A stretch of DNA of 64,000 bases from a virus (IMGVR_UViG_3300050343_000215:64001-128000), one strand, 5' to 3'. Shown: positions 26,575 to 36,970, counted from the stretch's first letter. The notes: generated from the letters alone by a model not told the origin. Translations and numbers: made by a program.

Positions 26575-26972
26575 TAGAGATCTCCTGCTACTCGGTTTTC
26601 CGAGCGTTCAATACTAAATGTTCCTTCGGGGTAACGAGAACTCAGTTTTTCAAAATTCATCTGAATGATTTCCTCAAGCGAAATGTTGAGACCAATACAT
26701 GCTTGCATAACATACCACATGATGTCTCCAAGTTCACGTTTCAGATGAAACATTTTCATATCAACAGGTTTACCCTGGAAAACAATCTTCTTCACAATCT
26801 CAGTAAACTCACCTGCCTCAGCAGACATTCCTACAGCAGCAGTAAGCAATCGCTCGGGAGGAAAACCTTCTTTTGTAAGTTGATAACAACGATAGTGAAT
26901 TCAGTGGATCTTTGCTAGGTTCCTGTGAGGTAACCTCATTAACAAACTCGGCATACTTTTTTGATCAATCAT
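26574..26972 (-). CDS. mazG: MazG-like nucleotide pyrophosphohydrolase (frameshifted near 26880-26910)
   Basis: EAGEFTEIVKK...RELGDIMWY...N..KL..RY; N-terminus MIDQKKYAEFVNEVTS in another frame. Confidence 0.8.
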
Positions 26973-28343
26973 ACTTTAAATCTTGAAATGTTTTCTTTGC
27001 TGTGAACTTTTTAACTAGATCAATTTGCTGTTCTTGACCAGAATCAACTATGTCTTCTTGAGCAGACTCCTCTACATCATACAACCTCATCTTTGATCTG
27101 TCAATACCTATACAAATCTTTTGTATGTATTGGTATCATTATATCTATTCTTTAGTTGTTTGACCATAAGTTGATTCATGCCCTCAAGCTCCTCCGTACT
27201 AATAAGGGCAAACATAAGATCAGCAGTAGCAGGGAGGCCAAAGGATTCACTAGTATCAGTAAGGTCAACATCAGTGCTACCAAAACCTGAACGAGTGGTC
27301 TGCGTAGCACTGACAATAGGAACGTTACACTCCACAGCAAAACCCCTAAGTTCTTCTGCGATTGCTTTAACGTAGGTGTAGGAGTTAACAATGCTCCCTT
27401 TATATCTCTGGGAAGCACAGATATTGAGGTAATCCACAAAGATAATATTGGGTTTAATGCTCCGCTTAAGAGCAAGATCAGAAACAAGAGACTTAAAATG
27501 TCCAACATGTGCAGATGCCGTAGGATATTCTTTAATGATTAATTTACCTTAGTCTTCTTAGAAAGTTTGCAATCTTCTTTTCAAACATTACCTCAGGAAG
27601 ATCTCCAAGTTGTTGAATAGGAACATTAAGTAGATTGGCGTCAATTCGTTCTGCGATCTTCTCTTCTGCCATCTCCAATGTAATGTAAAGAACATTTTTA
27701 CCTTGAAGTAAGGACAGCAGCAGCACAGTGACACATAAACAAAGACTTACCAACACCTGTGCCAGCAAGTGCAACGTTAATGACTTTTGTTAACCAGACC
27801 ACCCTTTGTAATCTTATTAAAGAGCGAAAGATCAAATGGAACTTTATCTTCTTTTCTGTGATAATACTCGTAACGATGTTCATAGTCTTCTATGTAGTCG
27901 TGTCCGATATGATCATCAAATGAAACTGCAAGAGCTTCCTGTAGAATTGAGGGGATCGCATCTTCAGTTCTCTTCTCATCCTGACCATCAGCAATCTTAA
28001 CACTATCTAATAGTGCCAAGTAAACTGCACGTTGCTTACACCATTTCTCAGTGGAATCTAACAACCACTGAGAGTCAACTTCAGTATTGTCAATGTTCTG
28101 AATTTTAACCTGTAACTCTTTGTATGAATCTTCATTCAGATCTTTACGATTCTCTACCTCAATAGTAAGAACTTCTTTAGTTGGAGTCTGACCATAAGTC
28201 ACGATAAAGTTGTTAATGATATCAAACAAAATCTTATCCGAATAATCGTTAAAGTATTCTGGTTTAATATAAGGAATTACCTTACGAACATAAGTGTCAT
28301 CACCAACTAAGTTCTTGATAATAGTGCTTTCAATTGCTTCCAT
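26965..28343 (-). CDS. gp41: Replicative helicase gp41, split by about four frameshifts (likely sequence errors)
   Basis: Pieces: MEAIESTII..., ALAGTGVGKS (Walker A), ITLEMAEEKI, VDYLNI, SATQTTRSG, QLKNRY, RSKMRLYDVE. Confidence 0.9.
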
Positions 28344-29356
28344 CAAGATCCATAGCAGAACTCTTTCTTGGCGCACTCATCAAGTGCTTGGAGGATTTCT
28401 GGGGTAAAATACTTCTCAGGTTCTTTGTAGATAACAGAAGGATATACGTTCCCATGCTCAGTCTTAACACGGTTGCCAACACGCTCAAAGACTCCGTGCT
28501 CCTGACCCAATTCCAATAGTCCGTAATACTTGTCAAGTCCACGTTCGTCAAAGAATAACCTCGTTTCCACAATAGAATTTTCTTTAGTAAAGCGAGACTT
28601 ATGTGCCTTCACTTTAATGATGTTACCAACCTGTTCAGTACCATCCTTCTCCTTCTTTTTAGAGAGGAACAGAATGCTAGAAGCAGCATACTTAAGACCA
28701 GTGCCACCACCCATTTCCTTAGTAGGAACGTAAGCACCAACAACATCATAAGTATGATTGGTAACAATCAGGGGGATACCTGCCCGACCCAGTTTTAGCG
28801 ACAAGATTCTAAAGATAGACTTGATCACCTGAGCACGAGTCATATCACGAGTCTCCTTACCGTCAGTGGCATCCTGCACTTCTTTAGTAGTGGACAGCAT
28901 ACCCAAAGAGTCTAACACAAAAAGCATTGGAGGACGATCCTCCTTTTTAAACTTCATGTACTCATCAACAATCTTGATTGCCTGAGTTCGGAACTCCTGA
29001 ACTGTAGTTACAGGAACCAATCCAACATTTTTAGTACGAATTCCACGGACTTCCATCATGTCCTTAGAAATAGCAGACTCAGACTCAAAGTATGCAACCT
29101 CACCATCAGGATTTTGATCCAGAAAGTTTTTTACAATACTAAGAGCAAAGAAGGTTTTGCCTGTACTGGACTCTCCTGCGAGGGCAGTGACTTTGTTTTG
29201 TGGGAGACCACCAAAAATGCTCCCAGACACAAGAGCATTGAGGATATAAGAACCGGTGTCCACAAAAGTATTACAATCTCCTGCGGCGATGCCTTCATCA
29301 ACGATTGATGCAAATTCATTATCCAACTCCTTGATAACGTTGTTAAGAAAACTCAT
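28343..29356 (-). CDS. uvsX: RecA-like recombinase UvsX
   Basis: [27 protein letters not shown]. Confidence 0.95.
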   Translation of the reverse strand: MSFLNNVIKELDNEFASIVDEGIAAGDCNTFVDTGSYILNALVSGSIFGGLPQNKVTALAGESSTGKTFFALSIVKNFLDQNPDGEVAYFESESAISKDMMEVRGIRTKNVGLVPVTTVQEFRTQAIKIVDEYMKFKKEDRPPMLFVLDSLGMLSTTKEVQDATDGKETRDMTRAQVIKSIFRILSLKLGRAGIPLIVTNHTYDVVGAYVPTKEMGGGTGLKYAASSILFLSKKKEKDGTEQVGNIIKVKAHKSRFTKENSIVETRLFFDERGLDKYYGLLELGQEHGVFERVGNRVKTEHGNVYPSVIYKEPEKYFTPEILQALDECAKKEFCYGS

Positions 29357-29358
29357 AA

Positions 29359-31854
29359 TTAAGAAAAGAAACTAGTTAGTGTGCCTGTACGCTCATGCTT
29401 CCAACCAATACAGTCTAGCACATTTTTGAGAGGATCCAAGAAAGACTTCTCAAACTGTTTGGTATAATCAACATACTTGTCAAGACCAAACTCTTTCGGA
29501 ATAGTATTGAAGAATGAAATAATATTCTCGTTAATGGGGTTTGGTTTTTTCAAATAGATGAATTTTATTTTTTCTCCCTCTTGGATAAGAGGAAACTTAT
29601 TAGTAATCCGATGCTGCTTGAGATAGTGATTATACAATAATGAACCTCGGACAGCAATAGGTGTACCCTTCTTATAAATCTCTGAGTAACTTTTATAAGT
29701 ACCAAGATTATTGCAACCTCTAGGAAACGAAATATCTAGGTAACTTTGTTTGCGAGTATCAGATTTGATACCTGCAATATAATCAATCATGTCATCATTA
29801 GTTCCTTCAATCATGATCTTATATGCTTTAAGTAGTTTATCCTTAAAGTATGCAGGGGTAGAAGAACGTTGTGTCTCCAGTCCCATGATCTTCATCTTAG
29901 GTTCCTTATAACGAACACCCTCACTGTCCCATACATTAAGAATGTATCTCTTCTTAGCAGTCCAGATGCCACGGTTAGCGATGTTCTCGCGTTTCATTAC
30001 CATCTTCTGCTGATATGCATTTACATATTGTGCCAGTTCTTGGTAACAACTTTCAATATAAGTTTCAAGTTCCACCTTACAGATCTTATCAAGGAAATTG
30101 ACAACCTTCTTATCAGACGGCGTTCCTCCCTTGAATACATTCTTAACCAGATCACCCAGATCAAGATAGATGGAATCAGTATCCACAGCAATAACATAAT
30201 CTTTATCACCTGATTTTAAAATTTTATTAAGATACTCATTCATCTTATTCTCAATCCATCTGATAGAGAGTTGTCCTGAAAGAGTAATTGCTTCAGCGTT
30301 CTCTAGTCGGAAGTACCTGAAGTATTCATTACCAATAGCACCATAAGCAGAGTTCAGTTGGATCTTACGTGCCATCTGAATGTTATTGTACTTAGCAATA
30401 TCCTTAACAAGTTGAGGATCTTTAGTATTCTCATACTCTTGCTTAGCAGCAAGCATCTTCTTCTTGTAAATTGTGCGCTCCGTATAGATTTTCTGCATCA
30501 ACTTAGGAAGGAAACCCTGCTTCTTTGTAGTAAACAAAGTTCCGTTAGGGCACATAGTAACGCCATCTAAGGTGCTTGTATCAATCTCACGGTTTAGTAG
30601 TTTGTCTACATTAATACCGCTCACACGGTCATCCAGAAGGGTCTCAGGAGAGATATTATACTGCATGATAAGGTGTGGATACAGTGAGTTAAGGTCAAAG
30701 TTAACTACCCAATCATAAATGCCAGGTTTAGGTTCCTTCACATAAGCACCAGCATACTGCTGATCCTTTGTACTCTCAGTTTTAGGAGGAATGACAATGT
30801 TCTCCTGTGTCAAGGCATCATAGATGATACTATCCCACATACGAACCTGATAGAATACATCCTCAAAGTTTACCTTGGCATCATATGCCATGGTAACAGC
30901 AAGTTCAATCAGTTTCATCTTATCTTCCAGCATGTCTACAAGTTCAACGTCATGGATGTTGTACTCAATAAACTTCTGCCAGTTACTACGATAGAAGTCC
31001 TGGAAATTATCAAACTCACTATGATCTAGTTTCTTCTGACCAAGTTCAACGAAAGCAATATGGTCAAGGCGATATGATTCCTGGTTAGTGTAAGTAAACT
31101 TCTGATACAGATCATAGTAATCCAGAGTTGCTACACCAATAAGGTCATAGTAAATTTTCTTCTGACCCTTGACATGCAGTTCACGCTCACGCACAGAGTT
31201 CCATGGAGACAATGCTCTCATGTGCTTCATACTAAGTACACGATCCATGCGACGGCAGATGAATGGAATATCAAAGAACTTAACGTTCCATCCAGTCACA
31301 ACATCAGGAGTCTTCTGCACCCAATATTCTTGAAACTTGAGAAGAAGTTCACGTTCATTCTGACAATAAACATAGTGAACATCACTACGTGAGTTTTCAA
31401 ACTCACCACAACCCCAAGTAATAATCTTCTTACTAGTAAAGTCCTTTACAGTAATGCAAAGAATTTCTTCCCGTGCTTCCTCAACACTAGGAAATCCATT
31501 CTCAGATGTAGTCTCAATATCAAGAGACATGATATTAAGTTGACTGAAATCATAGTCAACTTCTTTAGGATACTTACTCAGGATATACTGATATAAGTAT
31601 TTGGTATTACCGTAGATAGTAAAGTTATCTACTGCCTCATAAGTATTAACAAACTCTTTAGCATCTTTGATGCCACCAAAATGAACAGGTTCTACACAGT
31701 TGCCCTCAAGAGTTTTATATTCAGTTTCATTTTTTGATGCAACATAAAGAGTTGGTGAAAACTCTTCGCGGCGCTCAACCCTATCACCTCCATCAAATCC
31801 ACGATACAAAATAGTATCGTTGATAATGGCAACATTAGTATAGAAATTCATCAA
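29359..31854 (-). CDS. gp43: Family B DNA polymerase gp43
   Basis: DIET exonuclease, [21 protein letters not shown]. Confidence 0.97.
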   Translation of the reverse strand: MMNFYTNVAIINDTILYRGFDGGDRVERREEFSPTLYVASKNETEYKTLEGNCVEPVHFGGIKDAKEFVNTYEAVDNFTIYGNTKYLYQYILSKYPKEVDYDFSQLNIMSLDIETTSENGFPSVEEAREEILCITVKDFTSKKIITWGCGEFENSRSDVHYVYCQNERELLLKFQEYWVQKTPDVVTGWNVKFFDIPFICRRMDRVLSMKHMRALSPWNSVRERELHVKGQKKIYYDLIGVATLDYYDLYQKFTYTNQESYRLDHIAFVELGQKKLDHSEFDNFQDFYRSNWQKFIEYNIHDVELVDMLEDKMKLIELAVTMAYDAKVNFEDVFYQVRMWDSIIYDALTQENIVIPPKTESTKDQQYAGAYVKEPKPGIYDWVVNFDLNSLYPHLIMQYNISPETLLDDRVSGINVDKLLNREIDTSTLDGVTMCPNGTLFTTKKQGFLPKLMQKIYTERTIYKKKMLAAKQEYENTKDPQLVKDIAKYNNIQMARKIQLNSAYGAIGNEYFRYFRLENAEAITLSGQLSIRWIENKMNEYLNKILKSGDKDYVIAVDTDSIYLDLGDLVKNVFKGGTPSDKKVVNFLDKICKVELETYIESCYQELAQYVNAYQQKMVMKRENIANRGIWTAKKRYILNVWDSEGVRYKEPKMKIMGLETQRSSTPAYFKDKLLKAYKIMIEGTNDDMIDYIAGIKSDTRKQSYLDISFPRGCNNLGTYKSYSEIYKKGTPIAVRGSLLYNHYLKQHRITNKFPLIQEGEKIKFIYLKKPNPINENIISFFNTIPKEFGLDKYVDYTKQFEKSFLDPLKNVLDCIGWKHERTGTLTSFFS

Positions 31855-32102
31855 TCAATAGCATCACGATATAATTTTAGCAGACTATCCATAGGATCCA
31901 CGATAGTAATAATATCAGTAGACCTAATAGGAATCTGCTTTTGATGTGAATATGGAACAAAATTTTCCAAAATAAAATCTGGAATATATCCAATCACCAC
32001 TTTAGGGTTGATGAGGATGCAATCAGCATCTTCTTCTGGACGTTCTTCAATCTCCGAGATCAGGTACTGACCCGTTTTCATCAAGATTACTTTGACTGTC
32101 AT
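31851..32102 (-). CDS. Small beta-rich protein, Sm-like paralog 1
   Basis: VKVILMKTGQYLISEI...LINP motif shared with four others in window. Confidence 0.6.
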   Translation of the reverse strand: MTVKVILMKTGQYLISEIEERPEEDADCILINPKVVIGYIPDFILENFVPYSHQKQIPIRSTDIITIVDPMDSLLKLYRDAID

Positions 32103-32406
32103 CGCTTACTCCAATGTTTTTAATGTAACTGTCTCGGATGTCATCCGTGGGTTCGCAAATAGTAACTACCCAATCTTTATTTAAGAAAAATTCATCGTCC
32201 TTTGTTGTGGACAACCAAGGAACGAAACTCAAAACACTATTTCCTGGATTAGTATCTTCAGTAAGAACTCCTTGCTGAACAACAGTTACTCTAACTGGTT
32301 TTACTAAAACTAGATCTAATACTACATTATTTTCGCGATCATAAATCTCACGAACGTCTGCAACGAGTTCTTCGCCAGACTTCAGAAGTACAAGTTGTAC
32401 CGACAT
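32047..32406 (-). CDS. Small beta-rich protein, Sm-like paralog 2
   Basis: VQLVLLKSGEELVADV...LVKP...LSFVPW. Confidence 0.6.
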   Translation of the reverse strand: MSVQLVLLKSGEELVADVREIYDRENNVVLDLVLVKPVRVTVVQQGVLTEDTNPGNSVLSFVPWLSTTKDDEFFLNKDWVVTICEPTDDIRDSYIKNIGVSDDSQSNLDENGSVPDLGD

Positions 32407-32442
32407 AAACTCCTAGAATTCAACCCTCATCATAGCATGAGC

Positions 32443-33153
32443 TCATCCGATTGACAAGCTGGAAACCTTAAGATTTCTTAGATGTGCTGACATTTTATCA
32501 AGATACCCACGGTTGCGTAGTTCCTTGAATACAAGGTTCTCTACAGCAAACTCACCACCACGTTGGATGGCAGATGATCTCATGTCACGCAGTTTCTCTT
32601 TAAGTTTTTCAAATGCCTCACGGTCGTCTGCCCTATTATCAATCAGGAAATCAATCTTTTCCATATAGTGCATTACCTTCTTGGCAATGTTAGCATCAGC
32701 AAGATTTACATCCTGATATGTGGGGCGGCGCAACCACAGACTATTCATTAGGGAGAATACTCCTTGCCCTGAGGGGGTTGGGTCTCTTCTATCTTGAGCG
32801 TAGAGTTCAACATCGTGTCCATAGATCTGAATATTATGGGTGAGAGCCCAGAGTTGTTTCTTGTCTCGTAAGTAATCATCAATGAGATCAGGACAATCGG
32901 CAATGTCTTCCTTGGAAACAATAAGATGAAGGTCCAGATCAGAATACTTAGTATAATTGTAATTGGCATTGCCACCTACTAGCACTACATCAATTATAGC
33001 ACTGCTAGGAATTTTTGCAAACTCCGCCCACTCCTCGGCAATACGAACTAATCCCTGCCTGACCTCAGGTTTCATTGCTTCGCCAACCCAGATCTTAGGA
33101 TTTAATTGCTGGTTATATCGGAGAGTAAGTTTTAAATCCCTATATGTTTTCAT
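32443..33153 (-). CDS. Pol-beta-superfamily nucleotidyltransferase
   Basis: VLVGGNANYNYTKYSDLDLHL (GG/GS...DxD) and third acid in DVELY; TATAAATA at 33172-33179. Confidence 0.7.
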   Translation of the reverse strand: MKTYRDLKLTLRYNQQLNPKIWVGEAMKPEVRQGLVRIAEEWAEFAKIPSSAIIDVVLVGGNANYNYTKYSDLDLHLIVSKEDIADCPDLIDDYLRDKKQLWALTHNIQIYGHDVELYAQDRRDPTPSGQGVFSLMNSLWLRRPTYQDVNLADANIAKKVMHYMEKIDFLIDNRADDREAFEKLKEKLRDMRSSAIQRGGEFAVENLVFKELRNRGYLDKMSAHLRNLKVSSLSIG

Positions 33154-33185
33154 CAGGACAGACTTTATTTGTATTTATAAGCAAG

Positions 33186-33238
33186 AAAAAAGAGGGTTAC
33201 CTGACTGTGACCAGGACCCTCTGCGGCGACGATATTCA
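33186..33238 (-). ncRNA. Candidate late small RNA 1 (about 50 nt)
   Basis: TATAAATA (33243-33250), then GAATATCGTCGCCGC and AGAGGGTCCTG...CAGGTAACCCTCT-T5 terminator; no ORF. Confidence 0.5.
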
Positions 33239-33245
33239 ATTGTAT

Positions 33246-33461
33246 TTATAGAACAAAGTGTTTATCAAGAACTTCAATACGTTCTTCTTCATGTGCGATG
33301 ATATCAAGTTGCTCTTGAATGGCAGCAAGAACATCAGGATGTTCACCAATACCAACAGGGTTCTCTAGATAGACTTCAATGTTTGCTTTTGCTTTGGCAA
33401 TGTTGCCAGTAGCATCAGCACGAAGTGCTTCTAGAATTTTAAAACGTAGAGTGACAGACAT
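33246..33461 (-). CDS. Conserved cyanophage hypothetical protein
   Basis: A.IEVYLENPVGIGEHPD. Confidence 0.75.
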   Translation of the reverse strand: MSVTLRFKILEALRADATGNIAKAKANIEVYLENPVGIGEHPDVLAAIQEQLDIIAHEEERIEVLDKHFVL

Positions 33462-33532
33462 TATTTTTTAGGAGTAAGTTTATATGCACCGAAAATTGCA
33501 CCACCAACAAGGGCAATCATTAAAATTTCCAT
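33461..33532 (-). CDS. 23-aa single-TM peptide
   Basis: [23 protein letters not shown]; TAATG coupling at both ends. Confidence 0.55.
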   Translation of the reverse strand: MEILMIALVGGAIFGAYKLTPKK

Positions 33533-33822
33533 TAATAAAGTTCCTCTTCTTTTTCAGTTTCAATTACACAATCAGATGTGGGATAGGACACACATGTAAG
33601 TAAAAACCCTGCTTCAATTTGATCATCATCTAAAAATGACTGATCTTCTTGATCAACAGTTCCACTCACAATCTTACCAGCACATGAAGAACAAGCACCA
33701 GCACGGCAAGAGTAGTTCATATCAACACCTGCTTCTTCAGCAGCATCAAGGATATATTGATCACTCTCACATTGGATAGTGTGATCACCCTCAGTGGTCT
33801 TGAGGGTAATGGTGTAGGACAT
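33532..33822 (-). CDS. petF: Plant-type [2Fe-2S] ferredoxin
   Basis: [13 protein letters not shown]...LTCV. Confidence 0.96.
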   Translation of the reverse strand: MSYTITLKTTEGDHTIQCESDQYILDAAEEAGVDMNYSCRAGACSSCAGKIVSGTVDQEDQSFLDDDQIEAGFLLTCVSYPTSDCVIETEKEEELY

Positions 33823-33874
33823 TTACTTTCTGAGAATAGATATGGTATATATTATACCACACTTTGTGTAATTA

Positions 33875-34315
33875 TTAATTGCCCGTCAGCTCATATTTTT
33901 TCTTCTTCTGATGATCAGGAATAATTCTCTTTAATCTAATCGTAAGAAGACCGTTGGTGAGATCAACACTTCGGACCTCAACATCATCAGCAATAGTTCT
34001 ACTCCAAGTAAATGCACGACGTGCAATTCCTCTTTGCAAATACTCATGGTCTGGTTCAGAATCTCCAGGTTTAGTACACTGAACAAATAATTTATTTGAT
34101 TCTGTTTCAACTTTAATATCTTCTTTAACATAACCAGCAAGTGCTAGTTCTAATCTAAAATCAATACTAGATTCTTTGACAAGATTATGGGGTGGATAAT
34201 TTGCATCTGATTCATGGACTGTAGCAAATCTACGAATCCATTCATCCATACCAATACCAAATCTTGATGCATCATTTAATAGCGCATCAATATCCGCAAT
34301 GTTATACTTAACCAT
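33875..34315 (-). CDS. hsp20: Small heat-shock protein Hsp20
   Basis: NYPPHNL, LELALAGY, QRGIARRAF, NGLLTI; AAGGAG RBS. Confidence 0.92.
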   Translation of the reverse strand: MVKYNIADIDALLNDASRFGIGMDEWIRRFATVHESDANYPPHNLVKESSIDFRLELALAGYVKEDIKVETESNKLFVQCTKPGDSEPDHEYLQRGIARRAFTWSRTIADDVEVRSVDLTNGLLTIRLKRIIPDHQKKKKYELTGN

Positions 34316-34373
34316 TATAGTAGCTCCTTAAAAAGCGAGTTTGTGTTGTGTGGACCCCGAAGGCATCCACAAA

Positions 34374-34381
34374 TATTTATA
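34374..34381 (-). promoter_or_regulatory. Late promoter for hsp20
   Basis: TATAAATA followed by cUUCGg leader hairpin. Confidence 0.75.
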
Positions 34382-34388
34382 TCACAAC

Positions 34389-34472
34389 AAAAAAAGCAGA
34401 TACAGTGTAAACCGTATCTGCCTATAAGGGTTTCCGACTTTTGTAGAGACCGCACGAAAAGAGTCTCAAGTC
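34389..34472 (-). ncRNA. Candidate late small RNA 2 (about 80 nt)
   Basis: ATAAATA (34473-34479); GACTT-GAGAC...GTCTC-AAGTC hairpin; GCAGATAC/GTATCTGC-T7 terminator. Confidence 0.55.
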
Positions 34473-34475
34473 TAT

Positions 34476-34919
34476 TTATGTTTCTGTAGGGGCAGAAACT
34501 ACTTTCTTCTTACCAATGTTATATTTTGCCTCCAATGTCCATTCAGACTTCTCCTTGTAGGCAATAACTTTGATTTGATTAAGAGGAGAAACCTCTTCAA
34601 TTGCTTCGGGTTTAACTACAGTAACCAATTCCCAGTCAACCAGAAGTTGTGTGATACGATTACGACGCTGTACATCATTTAATGTCAGGTTAGCACGTTT
34701 GCCATCCAGGGCAAACAGTTCCTTAAAATGAACGATATAATAACGACCCTGCTTATGAAGAATGTGGCAAGATTGATATAGTTTCTTTTCCTTCCGAGAG
34801 GCAACGCCAATTCTAGTCAGAGTCTCACGAACTTTAAGAAAATCATCGGGTTCACTTAAAGTAACTTCCACCATATCGGCAGGTTCCCAAGTTACTTCAA
34901 TATCAGTGGATGTAGTCAT
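34476..34919 (-). CDS. regA: Translational repressor RegA
   Basis: DDFLKVRETLTRIGVAS, QSCHILHKQG.YYIVHFKE. Confidence 0.95.
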   Translation of the reverse strand: MTTSTDIEVTWEPADMVEVTLSEPDDFLKVRETLTRIGVASRKEKKLYQSCHILHKQGRYYIVHFKELFALDGKRANLTLNDVQRRNRITQLLVDWELVTVVKPEAIEEVSPLNQIKVIAYKEKSEWTLEAKYNIGKKKVVSAPTET

Positions 34920-35296
34920 TGTTTACCGCCTTTAGTCAATTTTTGTTTAATAGAACTCAGTTGTGTATCGGAAAGAATACTAAGAGCGGACTTAGCTTTC
35001 TCGTTACTATAACCATAGTAAGATTTCACTGCATCCAAATCATCAATCTTTTCTTTCTTCAACCACGGAGAGAATCTCCGTTTTGGTCTGACAATATTTA
35101 GTAAAAATTCATATTGTAGTTTCTTAGACAGGTGGTGGTTAATATTAACCTCATTCGCCACCATAATAGTATCTATAAAACCTGACAAACAGCGGTTTAC
35201 GATGTAAGGAGGATATGCATTTTTATTCTCATCAGTCATGATATTTCGTTTCTCATGATTGATAGAATTTAACCAATGTTTAAGTTCGGTTTTCAT
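34916..35296 (-). CDS. gp62: Clamp loader small subunit gp62
   Basis: YPPYIVNRCLS, QYEFLLN, YYGYSNEKA. Confidence 0.92.
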   Translation of the reverse strand: MKTELKHWLNSINHEKRNIMTDENKNAYPPYIVNRCLSGFIDTIMVANEVNINHHLSKKLQYEFLLNIVRPKRRFSPWLKKEKIDDLDAVKSYYGYSNEKAKSALSILSDTQLSSIKQKLTKGGKQ

Positions 35297-35853
35297 TTCA
35301 AATAATAATACTGTTGAGGTTGGTCCGACTGAGGTCCAGGCTTGCTTTTATATGCATGAACGTCCATTGCCATAGATATTCTAATTTGATCTGTGGGATT
35401 AGGATCTACCCAATGATGAGTATCACATTCAAAAACCATCAACTCCCCTGGATTATTAACTTGGTTCTTTCCTTCAAACCAAGTTCCAATTTCAGGATCC
35501 CCACCAATAAAAAGGTTGACACAAGACCATGGAAATGGTCGTTGATCTTTTGGTATTGATGGGCGGTGACAATGTGATGCAATACCTTCACCTTTCCTAA
35601 AAGTATTTGCCCAACACTGAATCCAGACCTGACCAACAAATACTACCTTCAACTTAGGAAGGAGGATCGGACCAATCACATCATCAAAAAGATAATTATT
35701 AATCCAATGTCTCCCAGTTAAAGAATTATCAGAAGTTCCCTCATGTAAATCTTCACCAAGTGACTTTACATAATCCTCAGTCTCTAGAATTCTATCATAG
35801 ATTATTGAGCATTCATCTGCGGAAAGAAACTCAGGAACCTTAAATAATTTCAT
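35293..35853 (-). CDS. 2OG-Fe(II) oxygenase-like protein
   Basis: WAN....GEGIASHCH...PGELMVF....HHWV....RISMA. Confidence 0.75.
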   Translation of the reverse strand: MKLFKVPEFLSADECSIIYDRILETEDYVKSLGEDLHEGTSDNSLTGRHWINNYLFDDVIGPILLPKLKVVFVGQVWIQCWANTFRKGEGIASHCHRPSIPKDQRPFPWSCVNLFIGGDPEIGTWFEGKNQVNNPGELMVFECDTHHWVDPNPTDQIRISMAMDVHAYKSKPGPQSDQPQQYYYLK

Positions 35854-36670
35854 AGTTAGTCAACAGTAATTCAGCACGGTCTTTCTGTTCGTTCATATAA
35901 TCGCCTGTAGAGCGCATAGTATAAGTTAGGTCATAAGTACATGCAAACCAGTCTTGGAAGCGATCCTTGACCATCTGAGTGGAGTTATAGGAGATCATGT
36001 GGCGAGCAAGGTGGTTATCGCAATCAGCAGCAAACTGATCATGATCAAAACGCTTATGTAAATCTCCCTTGTTCCCATAGAGATTATCTTTAATATCATA
36101 GGGTGGATCAGAATATATAAGACAACGTAAATTGTCTGTAAGAAGTCCTTCATATGACCAGTTCGTAATTTTCCAGTTCTGAATTATTTCTGAGTATCCT
36201 TTTAGTTTCTCAATTCCTCGCATTGAGAAGTTGGAGACAGATGCCTGCCTGCTAAAGGATGAGGACTCAGTGAGACCAGAAAAAGAGCACTTGTTAATAA
36301 CGTAAAAACTAACAGCACGAGATAAATTGGATTGATCATAATCGTTTACTAATTCCTTTGATTCAATGAATAGTCCACGGGCAGATTCCTGATCAGGATA
36401 CCTGGACTTAAGTTCTTGCAGACGACGCTGAAGTTTATCACCATCATCTTGTAATACTCTCCAGAAGTTATACAAAGGTTCGTAAAGATCGTTCACCCAC
36501 ACAGGAATGTCTGGGTTCTCTTTAGTGAATGCGATGGCAACACTACCACCACCAAGAAATGTCTCACGATATTCTTTGATCTCCTTAGGAAATCTTGGAA
36601 GAAGATACTTAGTGGCGCGAGACTTACCGCCAGGATAACGAAGAGGGGTTTTCAATGCTTTCATAATCAA
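35840..36670 (-). CDS. dam: DNA adenine methyltransferase (Dam/D12 class)
   Basis: LRYPGGKSR, FLGGGSV, DPPY. Confidence 0.92.
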   Translation of the reverse strand: MIMKALKTPLRYPGGKSRATKYLLPRFPKEIKEYRETFLGGGSVAIAFTKENPDIPVWVNDLYEPLYNFWRVLQDDGDKLQRRLQELKSRYPDQESARGLFIESKELVNDYDQSNLSRAVSFYVINKCSFSGLTESSSFSRQASVSNFSMRGIEKLKGYSEIIQNWKITNWSYEGLLTDNLRCLIYSDPPYDIKDNLYGNKGDLHKRFDHDQFAADCDNHLARHMISYNSTQMVKDRFQDWFACTYDLTYTMRSTGDYMNEQKDRAELLLTNYEII

Positions 36671-36679
36671 ATAGAAAAA

Positions 36680-36970
36680 TCAAAGAATAAGTTTTTTCTT
36701 TTCAGGAGTTGAGATAGGAGAATACATTTGCTCATACTGAGAAACAATTTCTTCTGCTGCGTCAGCAACATATACCACAAACTTAGTAGACACTGTGATA
36801 TCTTTTACTTCCTTACTAATCATCGGAGACCATGCTACAAATGATAGTGTGCCCTGCTGTGTAGGAACACCTACAATTCCATTCTTTAGTGTGAGGGAAT
36901 TATCATCATGGTTGACGACTTCAGCAATCACATCCTCTCCAGAGGACATACGGATCAGTTTTACGTTCAT
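36680..36970 (-). CDS. Small beta-rich protein, Sm-like paralog 3
   Basis: MNVKLIRMSSGEDVIAEV...LSFVAW; probable start 36970. Confidence 0.6.
   Translation of the reverse strand: MNVKLIRMSSGEDVIAEVVNHDDNSLTLKNGIVGVPTQQGTLSFVAWSPMISKEVKDITVSTKFVVYVADAAEEIVSQYEQMYSPISTPEKKKLIL

Noticed and set aside
26965-28343. gp41 as a true pseudogene or programmed multi-frameshift gene
   Set aside because: All helicase motifs are intact across the shifts, there are no consistent slippery sites, and similar indels hit many unrelated genes; error is far more parsimonious
33844-33858. NtcA box upstream of petF
   Set aside because: Spacing is GTA-N7-TAC, not N8; kept only as a generic palindrome
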